Below, piece by piece: positions 59,370 to 64,000 of a DNA stretch of 64,000 bases. Below the pieces are notes generated by a model. It was not told the DNA's origin. It saw nothing but the letters and a program-made list of their open reading frames with translations, and did no database searches. Positions within the stretch are counted from its first letter, which is position 1, and every line of letters begins with the position of its first letter. Source of the DNA: an uncultured Spirochaetota bacterium. GTDB lineage: Bacteria > Spirochaetota > Spirochaetia > SZUA-6 > Fen-1364. A program made the translations under genes and the position numbers. The DNA is taken from contig CAWJSK010000019.1 of assembly GCA_963845535.1 (NCBI GenBank), positions 384,001-448,000 on the forward strand, in the 5' to 3' direction.

Positions 59370-59732
59370 ATGACGATCGTTTCGACTGTGGAGGAGTTCC
59401 CTCCGGATCGCCTGGAAGCGATCCTTGCCGACCTGCCGACAGACTCGGGCTACAGGCTGGAGGTCACGCCGCTTCGATATCGCACCAAGCCCCACCTGCG
59501 GGCCCTGTGCGACTGGGCGAACAAGGCGATCAAGGTGCAGGTTCCTCAGCCTTTTCGGCCATTTCGTGAGCGCGTTCCCGTTCTGTTTCGAACGAAGACG
59601 GAAGTCATCCGTTACCTGTACTGCCACGAGTACTATCACTACTACCTCCATGACGTGCTCGGCAGGAAAGGGCTGGCGGAGACGGCGTGCGATCGATTCG
59701 CCCTCGAAAACTTTAGAAGGCGAAAAAGGTGA
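59370..59732 (+). CDS. small HExxH protein, ImmA/IrrE-like metallopeptidase motif
   Basis: CHEYYH...AETACDRFA; start uncertain (an in-frame GTG at 59256 is also possible). Confidence 0.6.
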   Translation: MTIVSTVEEFPPDRLEAILADLPTDSGYRLEVTPLRYRTKPHLRALCDWANKAIKVQVPQPFRPFRERVPVLFRTKTEVIRYLYCHEYYHYYLHDVLGRKGLAETACDRFALENFRRRKR

Positions 59733-59816
59733 GCATCAAGCTCGGGACGCGAGGAGGGCTCCGATCGACATGTTCACGAGGGATCACTGGGCGCTATATT
59801 TGCGCTGGGAGAGATC

Positions 59817-62246
59817 ATGCCTGAAAATCCTTCAGCCGAGCTTGGAACCGCCCAATACAAAACGATGACCATTGAGGATGCCATCCGAGAGCAGGGATCA
59901 GCCCTCGAGGGTCTCAGCGAGCTCGAGGTCGAGAGGAGGCTGAAGGAATACGGCAGGAATGAAGTCGCCTCCAGAAAGAGAAGTCCGATCCTCGAGTTCT
60001 TGTCCCGGTTCTGGGGACCAATGCCGTGGCTGCTGGAATTGGCTATCGCGCTCGCCGTTTTCCTGGGACATGACCTGGAAGCCGTCATCATTGCCATCCT
60101 GATCGTCACGAATGCGATCATAGGCTACCTGCATTCTCGAAGCTCCCAGAGATCCCTCGAGCTGCTCAAGGAAAAGCTGGCCGTTGATGCCGTGGTGCGC
60201 CGCCAGGGCAGGTGGGCAACCATAAACGCATCCGAGGTCGTGCCGGGAGATGTTGCGGCGGTCCAGATGGGCGACATCGTTCCGGCGGACGCCAAAGTCC
60301 TGAGCGGCGAGCTTTCCGTGGACCAGTCAGCGTTGACGGGCGAATCGCTTCCCGTGGAGGTCGGCCCTTCGGACATTCTGTACTCAAGCTCGGTCGTAAA
60401 GCGCGGAGAGGCTCAGTGCCTTGTGGTCAACACGGGGGGCGGAACCTACTTTGGCAGGACCGCGGAGCTTGTGCAGATTGCCCGACCGAAGTCCCACCAG
60501 GAACAGATCATGCTGTCCGTCGTGAGGTACATGATGTACCTCGGAATCGCGGCGCTCGCAGCGGTTGCCGTAGGTGCTCTTCTTTTGAAAATCGGCGTTT
60601 TGTCGGTTGCCACCTTTGCGGTGATTTTCCTGATGGGCGCTGTGCCCGTGGCCTTGCCGGCGGTTCTCACCATTGTGCAGGCCGTTGGGGCAATGGAGCT
60701 TGTCAAGAAAGGGGTGCTGATCACCCGCCTCGACTCCATGGAAGACGCGGCATCCCTTGACGTGCTCTGTCTGGACAAGACGGGCACGCTGACAATGAAC
60801 CAGCTTTCCGTGACCGAGGTCATTCCCTACGCGGGACATCAGGTGAACGACGTCCTCGCCACCGCGGCTCTCACCGCAAAGGCAGAGAGCAAAGACGGCA
60901 TCGATATCGCGGTTCGAGAGAAAGCCGAGGCAGCGGGCATCAAGAACGCGGAGTACCGCCAGATTTCGGTTACGCCATTCGAGCCTGCCACCAAGCGCTC
61001 AGAGGCCGTCGTTCAGGCGGGAGACAGCCGCTTCCGGGCGGTGAAAGGCGCCCCTCAGGTCGTACTCTCCCTCTCCCGCCTCACGGACAGCGCTGTTGTG
61101 AGGGCTGCCGGGGAAATGGTGGAAGTCCTCTCTCGCAAGGGATCCAGGACTCTGGCGGTGGCAAGGTCCCGCTCCGCGGAGGGGGATGACTTCGAGCTGG
61201 TGGGTCTGCTGGCCCTGGCTGATCCCCCCCGGCCCGACGCGCGGCAGATGATAGCGGAGGCTATGGACCTCGGCGTGAAACCTATCATGGTCACCGGCGA
61301 CAACATCGCAATTGCCCGACAGATGGCCCTTGAATTGGGCATCGGCAACAACGTCATGCGTATGGGGGATCTCGCGGCCTCCCCTGAGCCCGAACAGATG
61401 AGGATTGTACAAGGATGCAGCGGGTTGGCCGAGGTCTATCCGGAGGACAAGTACAAGATCGTAAAACTTCTGCAGGCGCACGGGCACACCTCAGGGATGA
61501 CGGGTGATGGCGTCAACGATGCGCCTGCCCTGAAGCAGGCGGAGGTCGGCATCGCTGTCATGGGAGCCACCAACGTGGCGAAGGCATCCGCGAGCATGGT
61601 CCTCACTGAGCCGGGCATCAGGGTCATCATGAACGCACTTCGGACGAGCAGGCAAATCTATCAGAGGATGCTTACGTGGGTCATCAACAAGGTTACAAAA
61701 ACGATCCAGCTCGTCGGCATTCTGACCATAGGCTTTTTCTGGCTGCACGATCTTGTGATTTCTCTCCTCGGCATGGCCCTTCTGGTGCTCGCCAATGACT
61801 TTGTGACGATGTCGCTCTCTACGGACAACGTGAAGTACACCAGAAACCCAAACGCCTGGAACGTGAGGAATATCACTCTCGCTTCAGCCGGAATTGGGGT
61901 CTTTTTCGTTCTGCAGGGATGGCTCACCATCCTGATTGCCAGGAACCTTCTGCATCTGACCGCAGACGAGCTGCGCAGCTTCGTTCTCCTCATGCTCGTC
62001 TTTACCAGCCAGTTCAGGATTTACCTTGTGCGTGAGAGGCGTCATTTCTGGGATTCCCGGCCGGGCTGGGGGGTCCTGATCTCCTCTGCGGCGGCCATTG
62101 TCGCCTTTTCCCTCCTGGGCATCTTTGGAGGAATCATCCAGAGGCTTGGCTTTTTGCCGGTGCTTTTCCTGGTGGCTTTCTCGGGGCTTTTTACATTCGC
62201 GGTAGAGCTGCCCAAATACTATATTTTCAGGAAACTCGGGCTTTAA
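59817..62246 (+). CDS. plasma-membrane-type proton-efflux P-type ATPase (P3A)
   Basis: FWGPMPWLLE, DQSALTGES, VPVALP, DKTGTLT, KGAPQ, TGDGVNDAPALK, ND in TM6. Confidence 0.92.
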   Translation: MPENPSAELGTAQYKTMTIEDAIREQGSALEGLSELEVERRLKEYGRNEVASRKRSPILEFLSRFWGPMPWLLELAIALAVFLGHDLEAVIIAILIVTNAIIGYLHSRSSQRSLELLKEKLAVDAVVRRQGRWATINASEVVPGDVAAVQMGDIVPADAKVLSGELSVDQSALTGESLPVEVGPSDILYSSSVVKRGEAQCLVVNTGGGTYFGRTAELVQIARPKSHQEQIMLSVVRYMMYLGIAALAAVAVGALLLKIGVLSVATFAVIFLMGAVPVALPAVLTIVQAVGAMELVKKGVLITRLDSMEDAASLDVLCLDKTGTLTMNQLSVTEVIPYAGHQVNDVLATAALTAKAESKDGIDIAVREKAEAAGIKNAEYRQISVTPFEPATKRSEAVVQAGDSRFRAVKGAPQVVLSLSRLTDSAVVRAAGEMVEVLSRKGSRTLAVARSRSAEGDDFELVGLLALADPPRPDARQMIAEAMDLGVKPIMVTGDNIAIARQMALELGIGNNVMRMGDLAASPEPEQMRIVQGCSGLAEVYPEDKYKIVKLLQAHGHTSGMTGDGVNDAPALKQAEVGIAVMGATNVAKASASMVLTEPGIRVIMNALRTSRQIYQRMLTWVINKVTKTIQLVGILTIGFFWLHDLVISLLGMALLVLANDFVTMSLSTDNVKYTRNPNAWNVRNITLASAGIGVFFVLQGWLTILIARNLLHLTADELRSFVLLMLVFTSQFRIYLVRERRHFWDSRPGWGVLISSAAAIVAFSLLGIFGGIIQRLGFLPVLFLVAFSGLFTFAVELPKYYIFRKLGL

Positions 62247-62316
62247 GTCAGCGGTAGTTTCTCATGAGACCGCTCTCGCTCATATCCGACGCGTCTGTTC
62301 GTGGTATAGTCTGACG

Positions 62317-63117
62317 GTGGACCATCGAAATGGGAAAGAAGCCCTCCGTCTGGAGGACGTCTCCCTCGACATCGACGGGAGGCCCATCCTGAGAGACGTC
62401 ACCTGGACAGCCTCGCGCGGAGAGAAGTGGATCGTTCTGGGCCGAAACGGAAGCGGCAAGACCTCCCTCATGCGGCTGCTCTCCGGATTCGGCTTTCCCT
62501 CGCGCGGACGGATGCTGGTGCTGGGAGAGCTCCTGGGAAGGACGGACCTGCACCTGCTGCGCCGGAGGGTGGGATGGATCCATGGGGACCTTGCCTCGGA
62601 CATCCCCTCCTTCATGACCGGGCTGGAGGTCGTCCTCTCGGGAGCGGAGGGCAGCCTCGTAGTCTACGACGAGGTCCCGGGCAGCGAGGAGGAGATGGCC
62701 CTGGGAATGCTGGAAAAGCTGGGCATGAAGGAGTTCGCCAACCGGAGCTTTTCCCGCCTTTCCACCGGTGAGAGGCAACGCGTGCTCATTGCCCGCGCGC
62801 TGACCGCCGGGCCCGAGCTGCTCCTCCTGGATGAACCGTGCCAGGGGCTTGATCCGCGCGCCCGGGAGGAGTTCCTCGAATCCCTTTCCCTGCTGCTTGC
62901 TTCCCATCCGGATCTCAGCGTCGTGTGCGTGACGCACCACGTGGATGAGATCATCGAGGGGTTCTCCCATGTGCTGGTCCTGGAGGAGGGAAACGTGATT
63001 GCCCGAGGCCCGCGGAAGACCGTCCTCACGCCTGACATGATCAAACGGCTGTTTGGTGACGGCTGCCGCCTCCATTCCCGCGGCGGCAGGTACTTCCTCA
63101 GCTTCGGCAAGGAGTAG
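62317..63117 (+). CDS. ABC ATP-binding protein (ModF/YlmA-like)
   Basis: GRNGSGKT, LSTGERQR, LLDEPC, VTHH; no permease adjacent. Confidence 0.88.
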   Translation: MDHRNGKEALRLEDVSLDIDGRPILRDVTWTASRGEKWIVLGRNGSGKTSLMRLLSGFGFPSRGRMLVLGELLGRTDLHLLRRRVGWIHGDLASDIPSFMTGLEVVLSGAEGSLVVYDEVPGSEEEMALGMLEKLGMKEFANRSFSRLSTGERQRVLIARALTAGPELLLLDEPCQGLDPRAREEFLESLSLLLASHPDLSVVCVTHHVDEIIEGFSHVLVLEEGNVIARGPRKTVLTPDMIKRLFGDGCRLHSRGGRYFLSFGKE

Positions 63118-63120
63118 GGC

Positions 63121-63564
63121 ATGGACAGGAAGCCGGTCGTTTCCAAGCTCACGCGGGGACAGGATGCCTACTACACCGTCAGCTGGTCGAGGCTGAAGAA
63201 AAGCGACAAGTACGAAATCGTGAAGTCCGTCCCATCGGAGGCCGGTATCTACGAGCTGTACTACATGGATGAAAAGGGCAAGCTCTGCCTTTTCCACGTG
63301 GGCAAATCATGGTACGGGGGGCTTCGCAATGAGATCAGGCTCCGCACGGACATCGAGCTGGAGAAGGACGAGGCTCATCGCGCCATCCTGGATGAGCACG
63401 ATTGCTGGTACCGCTGGTCCCTGGTGAGCGCAAGCGACGACATGGCGGACATCATCTTTTTCTTCGCAAGCACGTACCGGTTTGCGGCGAAAGTGCATCA
63501 TTCGGGCCGCTATCGGAACATCTTCGTCAACGAGGTGAGCGCGGACAAGATCGTCTCCATCTGA
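63121..63564 (+). CDS. hypothetical protein with GIY-YIG-like motif
   Basis: VPSEAGIYELY...FHVGKS...LR. Confidence 0.55.
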   Translation: MDRKPVVSKLTRGQDAYYTVSWSRLKKSDKYEIVKSVPSEAGIYELYYMDEKGKLCLFHVGKSWYGGLRNEIRLRTDIELEKDEAHRAILDEHDCWYRWSLVSASDDMADIIFFFASTYRFAAKVHHSGRYRNIFVNEVSADKIVSI

Positions 63565-63592
63565 GCGCCGGCGCTCGCAGCACCTCTCCGCC

Positions 63593-63991
63593 CTAGAGGC
63601 TCCCGAGCTTCTCCACCATGAAGCGGATCCGTTTTGCAAGGGAGACCATGAGCCGGCGCGGCCACTGCGGGCTGGCTGCGTAAATGTCCGCGAAGTTCTC
63701 CTTGGAAAACTCGAGGGCTTCCATCTCGCCCTTGGCGATGACGGTGGCTGATCGCACGGACTTGTCGAAAAAGCTCATCTCCCCGATCACTTCGCCTTTT
63801 CCCAGGGTGGCCATCACGCGGTATTTCTCCCCGACCTTGCGGGTGACGTAAACCTCCCCCGAGGTGATCCAGTAGATCTTCTGCTGGATTTCCCCCTCCC
63901 TGATGAGGACCTGCTTGTCATGGAACTTCTTGCCGAACTTCTCCATCACCGCGGCGTCGAGGGCTTCCTCCGCCTGAAAGGCGATCTTCAT
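63593..63991 (-). CDS. stand-alone cyclic nucleotide-binding domain protein
   Basis: LIREGE, SGEV, GEVIGEMS, RSATVIA. Confidence 0.9.
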   Translation of the reverse strand: MKIAFQAEEALDAAVMEKFGKKFHDKQVLIREGEIQQKIYWITSGEVYVTRKVGEKYRVMATLGKGEVIGEMSFFDKSVRSATVIAKGEMEALEFSKENFADIYAASPQWPRRLMVSLAKRIRFMVEKLGSL

Positions 63992-64000
63992 GATTTCGTC

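Overview
High-GC (roughly 60-65% by eye) bacterial chromosomal segment, most likely from a free-living spirochaete (Spirochaetota). This rests on a SpiroCoCo-type coiled-coil gene and on gene blocks I recall from spirochaetes: grpE-dnaK-dnaJ, M23-bactofilin-yaaR, gltX-glyQS-tyrS and rpsT-HU-lnt...bactofilin...rho-rpmE. The window is mostly housekeeping (~60 CDS: pgi, chaperones, pur genes, rarA, dusB, tatD, a GldA/F/G-like ABC system, aaRSs, two lnt, cinA, rho). I saw no rRNA, tRNA, CRISPR array or transposase. Six or more isolated single-base frameshifts point to long-read assembly errors, and one of them creates a false purF-purM fusion. The best novel candidate is a ~175-nt structured region (32024-32197) downstream of a small Zn-ribbon gene. 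It has three hairpins capped by the same C-AGGGAT-G loop, one matching the CsrA consensus RUACARGGAUGU exactly, plus further GGA motifs and a terminator. That architecture suggests a CsrB/RsmZ-like CsrA sponge, and the same octamer occurs in the pgi leader. Other points of interest are a small variable island at 8.4-10.6 kb (decayed TA-like pair, 54-bp palindrome, beta-barrel plus two paralogous lipoproteins) and two tandem orphan DNA methyltransferases. Also notable are a homologue of the plastid/cyanobacterial At5g03900 family, an IrrE-like HExxH protein next to a Mut7-C RNase, a P3A-type H+-ATPase and a GIY-YIG-like small protein. All family assignments are from motif recognition, not database searches.
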